This document shows positions 1-13,345 of a DNA stretch of 64,000 bases, piece after piece; within the stretch, counting starts at the first letter, position 1, and each line of letters opens with the position of its first letter. The stretch covers positions 1,866,151-1,930,150 of the forward strand of contig MU054001.1 of NCBI GenBank assembly GCA_013239625.1. Reading direction: 5' to 3'. This stretch comes from Lama guanicoe (Eukaryota). The position numbers and the translations under genes are program-made. Under the pieces are notes generated by a model that did not search any database, was not told where the DNA came from, and saw only the letters and a program-made list of their open reading frames with translations.

Positions 1-912
1 TCTGGATATAACTTTGACCACAAGAAAAATACCATTTGTGGAAGCAGAAGTGATGGGAACCACAAGAAAAAACTAAACATGACCTTTTGGTGTCCATGAC
101 AGGTCTAGGCATAGTAGTTGTTATGTTACAAACATAGGCCTTTCGATGTTAAAAGAAAAAAGTATCATCATATGGCCTGAAACTTATAAGAGAATAGATC
201 AGTAAAGTTAGGAAACATAGTTCAGCAAGTCAGGGCTCAAAAATGAAATCCCAACAACTCAAAAAAAAAAATGATTATAACAACAACAAATGTAGTGTAT
301 CTAAAAATATTGGTTGTAGCCTTACAGATTTCAATGGATGGCCAAAAAGTAGGACACAATAGATAGAATTAAGAAGAATATGAGAGGCACTGACCTGTAA
401 GAATACTGCTGGGGAGTCCACAAAGACTTTAGGTTTGATAAGTGACAAAAGGCAATTAAAAAATGCTCCACTGGCTGTTTTGAACAAGAGGGTTAGGAAC
501 TTGGGGGCACAGTGTGTGAGGGAGAGAAGGATAAGAAAGGAGAACTAGGGAATGAGGAGGGGATAGATGATAGAGAACATAATTCCTCAAGTATTATTAT
601 ATTTCTACAGTAAGTTCCAAAGAGAATAATATTTAGACAAGAAAGGATATAACTCCAGGTGTTGGGTCCGAACCTAGGGGAAATCATGCTATATTTCATT
701 TAAGAACAGGAAGAGGCAAACCTGTGTATATCAGCTGAGCTCTTCCAAAATTTGTCCAACAGAATCTACTTTCTCAACCTGCACTAATCTCCTATAAATG
801 AGTATTTTCAGTTTAAATTTGTGAACTGGTGACATCTGGTTAATCTTCTGGGTTCCTACTGGCCTTTCACTTCAGCTTAAAATCTCTTCTGCAACTCTAC
901 CATTAGTTTGTG

Positions 913-1362
913 TTTTTTTTTTTAATTAAACTAGTTACAATGTGTCAATTTCTGGTGTACAGCACAATGTCCCAGTCATGCATATACATGTATATATTCG
1001 TTTTCGTACTCTTCTACATTAACGGTTACTACAAGATATTGAATATAGTTCCCTGTGCTATACAGAAGAAATCTGTTTTTTTTTTTAATCTTTTTTTATA
1101 TATAGTGGCTAACATGGGGGGGAGGGTATAGCTCAGTGGTAGAGTACATGCTTAGCATGTACAAGGTCCTGGGTTCAATTCCCAGTACCTCCATTAAAAG
1201 TTTTAAAAAAAATTAAAATAAATAAATAAACTTAATTACCCCCCCCAAACGAAAGAAATCTTTATTTAAAAATTTTAAAAAAGGAAATATATAGTGGCTA
1301 ACATTTGCAAATCTCAAACTCCCAAATTTATCCCTTCTCTCCCTCTTTTCCCTGTTAACTAT
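913..1362 (-). mobile_element. L1 3' UTR fragment (lineage-specific cetartiodactyl type), split by a SINE
   Basis: A poly-T tail is followed by the typical gaatatagttccctgtgctatacag 3'UTR motif. It is homologous to the copy at ~19940-20179. Confidence 0.85.
1116..1286 (+). mobile_element. tRNA-Ala(AGC)-derived SINE (camelid vic-1-like)
   Basis: A box TAGCTCAGTGG, B box GGTTCAATTCC, A-rich tail, and a perfect 18-bp TSD atatatagtggctaacat (1098-1115 and 1287-1304). Confidence 0.9.
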
Positions 1363-1468
1363 TAATTCTTAACCTCTCCCATAGATCATACTCAAAAATG
1401 CTGATTAAAAAGAAAAACTTATGAGGCTGAATCTATAAATGGGCATGCTCACTTGCTTGCTTGCATGT

Positions 1469-1473
<5 letters not shown>

Positions 1474-1514
<41 letters not shown>
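1474..1514. repeat. (CA)20 microsatellite
   Basis: Uninterrupted CA run. Confidence 0.97.
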
Positions 1515-1516
<2 letters not shown>

Positions 1517-1764
1517 GAAGTAAAAAATAAATGGTACATGCCTTAATAGCAGCTCATGTGAAACATACCAGGGAATTTTAGCTCACTATAAACTAAATGA
1601 GTGTATGATATAATAAGCTTGCCAAAAAAGCAAGTGCAATCTTCGACTGCACAAACAGAAATGTGGTATAATGAACAGGGGAGGTGATAATTACAGTATA
1701 CTCTAGTCTCACCAAGAGAAATGTATTTTGTTTTGGGTTTAAGAGGAACACAAACTAGATCACT

Positions 1765-2085
1765 CATTCAAGATGTTATTTGAGTACATACTACCTGCCA
1801 GACATACTGTTGTAAGTACTGGGAATAAAACAGTAAACCAGACAAAGTTCCTGCTCTAATGTAGCTAACATTTTATAGAAGATAAGCAAATAGAAAAAAA
1901 ATAATAAACCAAGAAACATCAGGTAAGGGTAAGGGCTATACAAAGAATGAAAATAAGATGATATGAATAAAAGTGATAGGGTAACTATTTTAGAATGGAC
2001 TCAAGGGAAGTTTAACTGAGGAGGCCATTTGTACTGACATCTAAATGAAAAGAAAGAACTAGCAGTGCAAAAATCTGAGGAAAGA
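1765..2085 (-). mobile_element. L2 3' relic
   Basis: tcattcaa...tatttgagtac.tac..gccag.cactgtt.taagtactggga.ta...cagt.aac.agaca matches the reverse of the L2 3' end. Confidence 0.6.
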
Positions 2086-2604
2086 TGAACAAAATTATCC
2101 CAAGCAGGTTTAAGAAATTAGCTACAAAGCAAAAGAATCAGCCAACTGGTTTTTATATCTTAATAAGAAGTTTTCCTATTGGATAACATTTGTACTAACT
2201 ACACTATACTTCCCAGTCTGTACATCTGGAGACCACCCCATGGAAGTACACCTCAATTCCTCTTCAGGTCCTACAGTTTTAAGCTGGTTCCTTCTAGCAA
2301 TGAGCCATCATTATTCTTGATGGTCTGATTATCTAAATCAGTGTCTATGAACTATGAACTGAAATCTCATTAGGAGTCATCAATTCAGTGGATAGCCATT
2401 AACATTCTTTATAAACAAAGCAGAACAGTGTTTTGAGAAATACTGGTTACATCTTAATATACACACCTCTATATACACATGTTCATAAACATTCAAAAGC
2501 TATGCTGAGTCCTAGTCAAAATTTTTGAAAAACACTGTTCTAAGAGATTAATGAATACTTCCATTTCATTTCATGGGAGAGTTCAACCCAGACTTTTACT
2601 TAAG

Positions 2605-3045
2605 GGTAGGGGGTTTTGAGTCACCTGGTATTAGTCAACCTGGAGGATGGAATTGACCACATTGGGCAAACAATTAATCAGTAAGTTATATCTAATGGAG
2701 CTCCAATAAAAACTCTGACACTGAAGCTCGGATGAGCTTCCCTGACTGACAATACACCACAGATGTTGTCACATATCAATCCTGAGACCTGACTCCATGG
2801 GGAGAGCTTTGTGTTTGAAACCCTCCAAGACTGCCCTATGCATCCTTGCCTTTGGCTAATTTTAACCTTAACCTCCCCTGTAATAAACTGTAGCCACAAG
2901 TATAACAGTTTTCAGTGAGTTCTGCAAGCACTGCTAGCCTATTCCTGAAACCAAGGGTAGTTGTGGGAATCTCCAGAATTTGCAGTTGCTGTGAGAAGTG
3001 AGAGCAGTCTTGGGACTGTGTTAACTTTGCAGTTTGGCTAACTTG
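2605..3045 (+). mobile_element. ERVL-class LTR, MER21C-like
   Basis: ccaataaaaactctgacactgaagctcggatgagcttccctg and taataaactgtagccacaagtataacagttttcagtgagttctg resemble MER21 LTRs. Confidence 0.7.
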
Positions 3046-3429
3046 GAGTAATACTCTTCAATGATAAGAAAAGTTTGATGAGAAAATAAAGAGATCTTGG
3101 TCTGATAACTAACTTTGAAAGTTGGCAAACTGAGAAGATTTTTAACTTTTTGTAAGATGTATAAAATTAATTGTGGTAATGATTCCATTCTACAAAAGGC
3201 CTATTGATAGGAAATCTGGACTGGGAAAACTGCTTCCTTAAATACTCCTATACAAAAGTCTTTCAAAAAAAAAATCTGTACACAGGAGAACATCCATATG
3301 ACAAAAAAACTGGGTAAAGAATACACTGGATCTCTCTTTACAACTGCATACAAATCTACACTTTATCTCAAAATAAAAAGTTTAATTAAAGAAAGAGAGC
3401 TTAGGCCTTTCCTGAGCTCAGATGTATTC

Positions 3430-3690
3430 TCCTTCTGGCCTTGAAGGAACAAGTTGCTATGAATTCTACAGCTGCAAGGAAATGAATTCTGGCCAACAAT
3501 CCCATGAGCATAGATGAGGACCGTGAGCCTCAGATGAGATCACAGCCCCAATGGACTCGTTGGTTGTAGTCTTGTGAGACCTTGAGCAGAGAACCCAGCT
3601 AAGCAGTGCCCAAACACTTGACCCAAGGAAACTGCGAGATTATAAATGGGTGCTGTTTTAAGCTACTAAATATGTGGTTACTTTGTCACT
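3430..3690 (+). mobile_element. MaLR LTR 3' part (MLT1D/E-like)
   Basis: tacagctgcaaggaaatgaattctg.ccaacaa...gagcagagaacccagctaag...tgttttaagctactaaatatgtggt is typical of MLT1. Confidence 0.75.
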
Positions 3691-4869
3691 ACATTCACAT
3701 ACTCTATAATTGAACAATCTCACCCTTGGGTACTCAACATAAATTCATACAAAGTTCAATAACAGGCAAAACTAATCTATGAAGCTATACGTCAGAATGG
3801 TGAGTATTCTTAGGGTGAGGCAAGCATTGACTAGGAGGAGGCCTAAGGAGATTTCTAGGACTGTGATAACATTATATTTCTTGATCTGGATATCGGCTAA
3901 GTAGATGATGTTTGCTCTCTGAAAATTTATCAAATTGTTCATTATAACTTTTGCACTTTTCTGTGTGTTATATGTCAACAACGTCAACAAAATTTACATT
4001 AAAAGATTGTAACTCTCAAACTGAAGATTATTTAATCTTATTATCATTAACCTGAGTAAAGAACAATCCACCAATCAAGATATTTAAGAAAAGACTATCT
4101 GTTTTAATGCAATGACACTAAAAACAATTATTTTTCTTTATTATATTAGCATGATATTTCACATTTTTCATCCAGAAAGAAAGCAATAAAAGGGAAATAC
4201 AGTATTACATATTTCCTCTAATATCAGGAGAAATCTATAAAATGCTCAAAGACATCTGAGAGTTACTTCAACCAATGTTATTAGTGGTGTGGGAAGGTAG
4301 GAGCTGAAGGAAAGGAAGTTTTTTAAAACACACAATCAAAATGTGGAGGATAGAAAACTGAAATAGACAGTTTAGGTCTGTACTCATTTTAGGTTGTTAT
4401 GTTTCTGAAAAACATGATCATCTCTCTCTCCAGTTATATCTCCAATTTTCAAATACCTTTTACTTTATATTCCAGCAATACTGAACTACTTTCAGTTTTT
4501 TAAAAAAAAAAATTATACCAATAATTTTGAATTTAGTGTTCTAGTTGTTCAGAGTGTCCTTTCTTCAAAAGGTATCTGAGCAAAAGCCTATTCAAAACTC
4601 AGTGTAGATATCACTTCCTTTTTACAACATGTAATTTTACTGCTATATTCACCATAACATATTGTAGTTATTTACAAGTCAAGGTCATATTCAATCTGCA
4701 TCTCTAAAGCCTAGCCAGTGTTTGGTACAGTTGCAACATCTATGCAACGAGGATAATCATAGTATCTAACCTAAGAAGACTGCTGTGAATTTGAATGAGA
4801 CAGTTCTAAAAATCTTAGAACAGTATTTGACATACAATAAGCACTCAGTAAATGTTAGTATTAATTATT

Positions 4870-5785
4870 ATGATAAAGATTAACTTTCTCATATAAAGAA
4901 GTGTCAAAACTCTGTAATACAAAAGCAAATATTTCAGTTTTAAAAATGGGCCAAATTTTTGGCAGACACTTTGCCAAACAATGATAAATGGATGGCAAAT
5001 CAACACACAAAAAAGGATGTTCATCACATTGTTATACATCAGGGAAATGCAAATTCAAACCACATGAGATACCACCTTATGTCTATCTGAATGGTAAAAA
5101 AAAAGTAACAATATTAAGTGCTGGAGAGGAAGAAAGAGAGCAATCGAAACTCATACACTACTGGTGGAAATGCAAAGGTACTGTCACTTTGGAAGACAGG
5201 TGGTAGTTTTTCATAAAGTTAAACATGCATTTAATATATGACCCCTGGCAATTCCACTCTGATATATTTATGCAAGAGAAATGAAAATATATGGTAACAC
5301 AAAAAACTGTAAACAAATGTTCACAAAGGCTTTACTCATAAATGTCAAAACCTGCTAACAACGAAACGTCCTTTAACTGATAAATTCATACACAATCTTT
5401 GGTTCATTCATTTGATGGAATACTACTCAGTAACATGGAAGAACACACTACTGATATACACAACAAAAAATGCATTATGCTAAGTGGAAGGAGCCAGACT
5501 AATAAAGCAACATGATATATGATTCTATTTATACAACATTTTCAAAAATGTAAAACTATAAGGAAAGAAAATGAAACAATGGTTACCAGGATCTAGGGCT
5601 GAGGGAAAGGCTGACTACAAAGAAGCATCATAGAATGTTTTGGGGGTTACTGCAAAACTATTTATCTTGATTGTAGTGTAATTACACAATGTGCATGTTT
5701 GTCAAAACCCACAGAACTGTACACTAAAAAAGGTGAATTTTACTAGATATAAATTATATCTCAATAAACTTGCATTTAAAAAAGA
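4870..5785 (+). mobile_element. Old L1M 3' end (decayed ORF2 end plus 3'UTR)
   Basis: aaaaatgggcc...catcagggaaatgcaaattcaaaccac...atggaatactactcag...ctcaataaa. Confidence 0.8.
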
Positions 5786-6189
5786 TTGATGTTCTTTTGG
5801 CTCCAATTCCCATATTAAGAAACTAATACCACTAGACTTTAAATCTAAGTTAATGTCATGATTCCTTTTCCTTAATCCCAGTACCTGTCCTTGAAGCCTT
5901 GTCCTATGACTGTTAGTAACTAAGTCTCTAAATAGTGCCTATTCCTAAATTTCTGTATTCTCTTTCCTCACTCATCTGCTTTCAGGAGTCTATATTATAT
6001 GTGGCTGGACCTCATTAATACAACAGAACTACCTAATTAGACATCTTCTATAAACGATTTGTGTCTTATAACTCCTATCCCATCCTTCCTCCCCTGTCCA
6101 AATATAATACTACATAAACACACACACATAACTCTTTGCCAGGTAGGTCTTAGCAACATTAGAGTCACTGATCTCTTTCACGTCTGGCT

Positions 6190-7335
6190 GTGCAAAAGAC
6201 TTCAACAGATTCTTCACAAAAGAAGATACGCATTTTTGGAAAACAAGCCCATGAAAAGATGCGGAGTGTCATTATCCACCAGGAAAATACAAATTAAAAC
6301 TATAATGGGATATAGTATGCACCCAATCAAGTGGCTAAAATTTAAAAAACTGACGATACCAAAAACTGAAGAGGAGTGAGCACCTGGACCTCGTACACTG
6401 CAGGTGGGAATGTAAAATGGTACAAATCCACTTTTGAAAACAGTTCAGTATTTTTTAATGAAGTTAAACACACATTCAACTCAGCAACCTCATTACCTTT
6501 ATATTTATCCCCTCAAAATGAATGTATACAAAAAACTGAACTCTAATGTTCACAGAAACCTTATTCATAATAGCCAAAAATGAGAAACAACCCAAATGTC
6601 TATCAATAGGTAAATGGACAAATTGTGGTACATTCATAAAGTGGAATGCCAGTCATCCATAAAAAGGGACAAACTACTGACTCACACTACATAACTGAAT
6701 CACATATGCACTGTGCTGAGTAAAAGAAGCCTGACTCAAAAATACACCTAATGTATAATTTTATTTATATGACAGTTTCGAAAAACAAAAGAAAAATATA
6801 AGGGCACAAATCAGTGGTTGCCAGCAGCTGGTGGTTGAGGGAGGGGTTGCTACAAAAGAGGATGAGAGAATTTTGGAGGGATATGGAATCATTCTGCATC
6901 TTTATCAGTGGTGGTAATCACATATACTTGTCAGAACTGCAGTAAAAACAGTGTTTTTTTTTTTTTACTATATTTAAATTATATCTAAAAAACAAAACTA
7001 CTAATACATCAAATAACATGGATAAATTCCAAAAATACTATGCAGTGTGAAAAGAGCCTGACACAAAAGAATATATACCATATGATTCCATTTATATGTA
7101 ATCTAAAACAAACAAAACTAATTTGATAGTGACAGCAGATCAGTGACTGCTTGGGGCCAAGGATGAGAGAATGACTGCCTGCATGGAAGGAAAAGGAAAC
7201 TTTAGGGGATATGGAAACGTTCTATGCCTTGATTGTGGTAATGACTATACAGGTGCATACACTGTCAAAAATCATCAGATTACACTCAAAATGGATATAT
7301 TTTATCATATGTAAATTATGCCTGAATAAAGTCAA
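6190..7335 (+). mobile_element. Old L1M 3' end fragments (two adjacent 3'UTR pieces)
   Basis: gaaaatacaaattaaaac...caacccaaatgtctatcaatagg...atgattccatttatatg...ctgaataaa. Confidence 0.75.
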
Positions 7336-7340
7336 TTTTA

Positions 7341-7983
7341 TTTTTTTATTTTTTTTACATTTTTTATTGATTCATAATCATTTTACAGTGTTGTGTCAAA
7401 TTCCAGTGTTCAGCACAATTTTTCAGTGATTCATGGACATATACACACTCATTGTCACATTTTTTTCTCTGTGATTTATCATAACATTTTGTGTATATTT
7501 CCCTGTGCTATACAGTGTAATCTTGTTTATCTATTCTACAATTTTGAAATCCCAGTCTATCCCTTCCCACCCTCTACCCCCCCCACCCCCGCTAACCACA
7601 AGTCTGTATTCTCTGTCCATGAGTCTATTTCTGTCCTGTATTTATGCTTTGCTTTTGTATGTTTGTTTGTTTTTGTTTTTTAGATTCCACATATGAGCGA
7701 TCTCATATGGTATTTTTCTTTCTCTTTCTGGCTTACTTCACTTAGAATGACATTCTCTAGAAGCATCCATGTTGCTGCAAATGGCATTATGTTGTCGGTT
7801 TTTATGGCTGAGTAGTATTCCATTGTATAAATATACCACCTCTTCTTTATCCAGTCACCTGTTGATGGACATTTAGGTTGTTTCCATGTTTTGGCTATTG
7901 TAAATAGTGCTGCTATGAACACTGGGGTGCAGGTGTCATCCTGAAGTAGATTTCCTTCTGGGTACAAGCCCAGGAGTGGGATT
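7341..7983 (-). mobile_element. Relatively young 5'-truncated L1 (ORF2 C-terminus plus 3'UTR)
   Basis: ORF 7680-7967 encodes the L1 ORF2 C-terminus (FIAALFTIAKTWKQPKCPS...WYIYTMEYYSAIK). It has a poly-T tail and a 12-bp TSD aagtcaatttta (7329-7340 and 7984-7995). Confidence 0.93.
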
Positions 7984-9399
7984 AAGTCAATTTTAAAATG
8001 TACTTACCAACTAATCACAAATGTAACAGGATTAATTTTACCCTGAATTATGTATTTAACAATTCTTCTTCTTTAGTTAGTTTTAATTACTTCACTACAA
8101 ATGCAAATTAGATTATATTATCCTAATTTCTCTAATTTATGCTAGTCTATTGGCTAGTAGTACATACCCAATTTAGAAAATACTTGCTAAGAACATATTA
8201 CATACAGGTAATATGTTCAACAATAGACTGCAGAACAAGTAAGAAGTAAGTAAGAAATATGAGATTAAATGCTGTCTACAAAAAAAGCTGATATCCTTAT
8301 TGCAGAAATTATATAGCTATATCTATATCACATTTCACATATAAAAAAGGAAGAAAACAATAATCACGTTTGAGGGAACAGCTAAACCAATATGGACTAC
8401 AGAGGAAAAGGAAGCTTGATCTGTGTTGCCTAAGAATAAGTTAATTTCTACAATGAAAAGATAATGAGAAGATATTCAAGGGAGTGAGCTAAGAGTGAGC
8501 AAAAGTGTAACAACTGAAGTAAGATTTGCAGACCGGTATTTCACAAGCTATAGTCCAAGAAATTGTGAAATATTAAAACATTCATATTCATATAAGGTTC
8601 TGAGATGCTGCCTGTGTTTTACCCTCCTTGGAACATTATGATAAAGTATAATTTATTAAAAGCTCACTCTGAGAAGTCCATAGAGAATAGTAGTAAATGA
8701 CTTTGAATGGACTGGATAGGGCAAAACTAACAAAAGCCTTTGATTCTTAAGGCTTTTGATTCTTAGTGTAGATGACAATAACTCTTGTATCTTTCAAAAG
8801 CCTTTCTTTTTTAAGGACAAAATGTTTTTAAGAGTTGAGAAAGAAATTAGGTTTGTCCCCACCCATCTCCACACTACCACACCCCCTTAGGATAGAAAGC
8901 CATAAACTGCTATATAATCTTTGGCAGCAATAGAGGGATTTAATCAGCAATTTATCCTTCTATATTGGAAGGAAGCCGTAAGAAAGAGTTTGGGGACCAA
9001 TGTGTACCAGAAATTTGTTGGCTCTATTCTAATTGTGTGTGTGTGAGTGTGCATGCACGCTCACACATGTAGGGAGGACATATAAACCACAGTTCAATAT
9101 GGCACTTTGAGAAGTATTTTAAATAAGAGGGTAAGAGAATGAAAAATTTAATATTAAAGTATATCCCTGTAATACAAATACAAAAATAAAAATACTTAAC
9201 TGAATATAGGTCACAATATACCATCAATATTAATTTTCAATCATTTTATCAACCCTAAGTATTTAAATTAAAACGAATTTATACTTATACCTCTCCTATC
9301 CATCATCCTATAAGACATGGAATAAACTGTAGTGACTACAAATACACTATATTCTGACAAAGGATGTAAAAATATTTTACAAATTGTTCAGTTTAATGT

Positions 9400-10900
9400 A
9401 ATCATCCAAGATGACATACTGAAACCCAAAAAAGCAAACACTGGTATAAATAGCGAATTCAACTACAGACCAATATTCCTTATCAATATAAACAAAAATA
9501 TCCTCAACTATATATACATATATAAAAATATAAAATATATAAAACATTTATATATTTAAAATATAAACATTTATCCTATCAATGCAAGGTTAATTTAATA
9601 TATGAAAACCAATCAATTAATGTAACATGATATATCAACAAAACAAAGAATTAAAACCACATGGTCATATTAACTGACACAAAAAAGCATCTGACAAAGA
9701 TCAACATCTCCTTATGATAAAAATCATTCAACAAACTTGGAGTAGAACAGAAAGTCCACCCCTAATAATGGGCATCTACAAAAAAACCTGCAGAGAATAC
9801 CAGGCTTAATGATAAAAGACTGAATGCTTTCCTAAGATCAGGAACAAAAGAAGGATGCCACTTCTATTCAACATTGCACTAGAGATGCTAGCCAGGGCAA
9901 TTGGGGAGGGGAGGGGCGAAGCATACAGATTGGAAGGCAAGAAGCAAAACTACATTTATATGCAGAATATATATACATGACATGATTATAATTTTTAAAT
10001 CCTAAGAAAACATTTGTAAATGGTACCTGATAAGGAATTTATAGCTACAATAAAGAATTCCTACAACTCAATGATAAAATGACTAAATAACCAAGTTTGA
10101 AAATTGGCAAAAGATCTGAATAAGCATTTCTCCATAAGAAGATACGTAAACGGCCAATAAGCCCATACAAGATGTTCAACATCTTTAGCCATCAGGGAAA
10201 TGCAGATCACAACCACAATGAGGTAGCACTTCACATCTAGCAGGATGACTATAACCAAAGTCAGATAAGATCAAATGTTGACAAGTATGGAGAAATCTGA
10301 TCCCTCATACACTGCTTGTGGAAATGTAAAATGGTGCAGCTGCATTGGAAAACAATCTGAAAGTTACTCAAAAGGCTAAACACAGAATTATGACCCAGCA
10401 ATTTCACTCCCAGGTATATACCCAAGAGAAATGGAAACTTGTACATGAATGTTTGTAGTATTTATTCAAAATTGCCAAAAAGTAAAAACTTAAGTATCTA
10501 TCATTTAATGAACCGGTAAATAAAATGTAGCACAGCCATACAACATAATATTGGCAGCAACAGCAAAAAAAATGAAGTACCAATACATGCTACAACACAG
10601 ATGGACTTTGAAAACATTATGATAAATTTTAAAAGCCCAGAACAAAGGACCACATATTGTATGATTCCATTTATCTGAAATGTCCAGACTCCATAGCAGA
10701 TTGATGGATGCCTAGGGCTTGTAGTGGTAGGAAGAAATAAGAAGCACCATTAATGGGTATGGGGTTTCTCTTGGGAGTGATGAACATGTTCTAAAATTTA
10801 CTGTACTAGTTCGACAATTCTGTGAATTTACTAAAAATTACTGACTTGCATATCTAAGTGGGCAGACTATACAATATGTAATTATATTTCAATACAGCTT
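9400..10900 (+). mobile_element. Old L1M: deleted ORF2 (RT region) fragment plus 3' end
   Basis: aactacagaccaatattcct, aaaagcatctgacaaagatcaacatc, ctaagatcaggaacaa and cacttctattcaacattgcactaga, followed by a 3' end. Confidence 0.8.
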
Positions 10901-13179
10901 TTTTTTTAAATAATGAATTCTATGGAAGTAAAACAACTTTATTCTAAGTGCTTTCTTGAGTATTACAAAGTTTCACTGAATTTACATTGTGACTCACGCA
11001 AAATATTGTTATGGAATAGCCATTTTTCTTTTTCCTAGTATATTCCTTTACTTAATCACTTAAATATGAAACAATTCCCCTGTTAATTAAAAGAAACTTT
11101 CACCCATAGGGCCTTTCCACATAAACTATCTAAAATTAAAAGTTTTAACTTACGAAGTATATGGTAAAATTAAGTAGACTGAACAAAACACTGACATTAA
11201 TTTCTTCTGCATAAATACACCGTTATGTATTTTCTAAGTTTGCCAAAATAGTAATCAGGAGCTTACAATACTGATTTAGTAAACTATATAGCACATTCCT
11301 GAAAGTTTATAATATATATAAACATTTAAAATATTTATTTCTACTTTTCTCATCTTTTCAACCTTTAAAAATAGTCTTTTTTATTTTTCCTCTCATATCT
11401 GGACATCTCAAGATGAGCATCATTGTGATATTTACTAATAATTATACGGTTATTGAAACATAGGTATCTCTAATGGGTATGAGAACTACAATTTAAGTTT
11501 CTACTTTAGAATTTTAATTTTTGGCTGAAAGTAGAGATAAATAAATTGTACTTATGTAAAAACTTTTTAGAAACAGTAATTATTGTCATGCAGTAATTCA
11601 TATGATATACTTCAGCAAAAATTGGAATGATTATATGAAACTTAGTTACAGGAATGAGCAGACCAGTGTTATTACTAGAAAAGATTAAAACTAAAATAAT
11701 ACATGTCTTTTTTTACCATTTACTATGTAAACTAAGTTTTTTAATAGTAACTCAGATATACTTTTGAGTGTTAAATTGCGTTTAATGTCAGCAAGACAAA
11801 ATGCTTCCTTAAAATTTTTTCTTACATGTTTTAAAACAAGCTTAATATCTCAGTGTGATACTGGATGAGTTAACATCTCAAGCACTATTTAATTCCTTTA
11901 GTTGATAGTAATAATCCTGAAAAAGTTGTTGAGGACTGGTGTCTCTAGTTAAAAGTAGTAAAAAAATTATTTTACTATGGATGATTAATTAAGCATGTAC
12001 ACTATCATTACAATGTGCTGCTTTAGTTGCTTTTACTGTAAAAAATCTGATGAATTTAAAAGTCTTCACTTTGTTTTTATTTATTAATTTTATTCTTGGT
12101 TAGTCTGACTATCTGTAACTTCAGAGGATAATCTTTTGGAGACATTTTCACGGCAACTGACAGTGTCTGGGAAATGAGTATTGATAAGGATTCTTCACTG
12201 GGGTTTAATACAAATTGTGTCATAATATATTTATGTTCTAGGTGAGCCAATTTTTTTTTTCAGATTTCTAACGTTTTAAAAAACCTTCATCAATCAGACT
12301 TCAATACTTGATAAATACACATAATTTGAGCTATAAAGAAGAAATCTAGCCTAATTAAATGAAAAAGATTTATTTTTTATGAGATTTCACACATACATGT
12401 CCCTAATTCTATTAATAAAGCATTAAATGTATTAAAAGACCTACCTACTTTTCGTTAAACTTTATTACGTAGAATTATAAATCCCCAGTAAGATTAAGTA
12501 TTTTAAATATATGTATGAATGTATGAATATATGTACATATACATGAAACTACTTATTAGCTAACTTTCTATTTGCTTTATGAATATAGTCTTTTCAACGG
12601 CACTCTCAACAACCATCCTTCTACTACATAATAGTTTTTTAAAGCTATTAAAATCAAAATGATGTACCTAGTTAAAAATATCAGTTTCTAGACTAAGCCT
12701 CAAATCAACATTAATCTGTATGTTGGTACTTTTTAAAAAACATAACTGTGCAAAAAGACAAAAGTGTATAGAAGTATTATGCAAACACCCCTAAACCCAC
12801 AATCAAGGTTTAACAAATGTAATGCTTGTTTCAAGTCTGGTTTTTTTAGATTTGGAAAAATAAAACATACTTGAAAACCACTGAAATCCCCAGTCCCATT
12901 CCTTTCTCTTTCCAGAGCAAACCACTATTCTGACTTTGTCATGTATCTTTTCAGTATATGTTTCTGTAATTTCATCACAGAGGTCTGTATCCATAAATAT
13001 CTAAGAAGGAATGAGGAAGAGAGGAATAGTTATATAGATAGTTGTTTATTAAAAAGACAGAGATTTGAAGTCAATTAGGCCAAATATTAGTATCTATTTA
13101 ATCTCATTTCATGAGTGTTAGCTTATTTTCTCTATGTTAAAAATACTGTACAATTAAACATTCGCAATAAAACAAAATA

Positions 13180-13345
13180 GTGACTTTGGAGTTAGGCAGC
13201 CTTAGGTTTAAAACTCCTTTCTGCTACTTAACAGCCACGTAACTTTGGGCAAGTTTGTTAATCTTTCCAAACTTTAGTACCCTCATCCATAAAATGTGGA
13301 CAATATTGGTACCAAATACATAATACTGTTTCCAGTATTAAAATA
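13180..13345 (+). mobile_element. MIR SINE relic
   Basis: Core gtaactttgggcaagtt...aatctttc...cctcatccataaaatg. Confidence 0.65.

Noticed and set aside
1116..1193. Bona fide tRNA-Ala gene
   Set aside because: The TSD, A-rich tail, broken canonical anticodon stem and three related copies in the window identify it as a SINE.
12045..12110. C/D-box snoRNA-like TGATGA...CTGA pair
   Set aside because: It is on the strand opposite the host gene, the C box is imperfect, and there is no convincing terminal stem.
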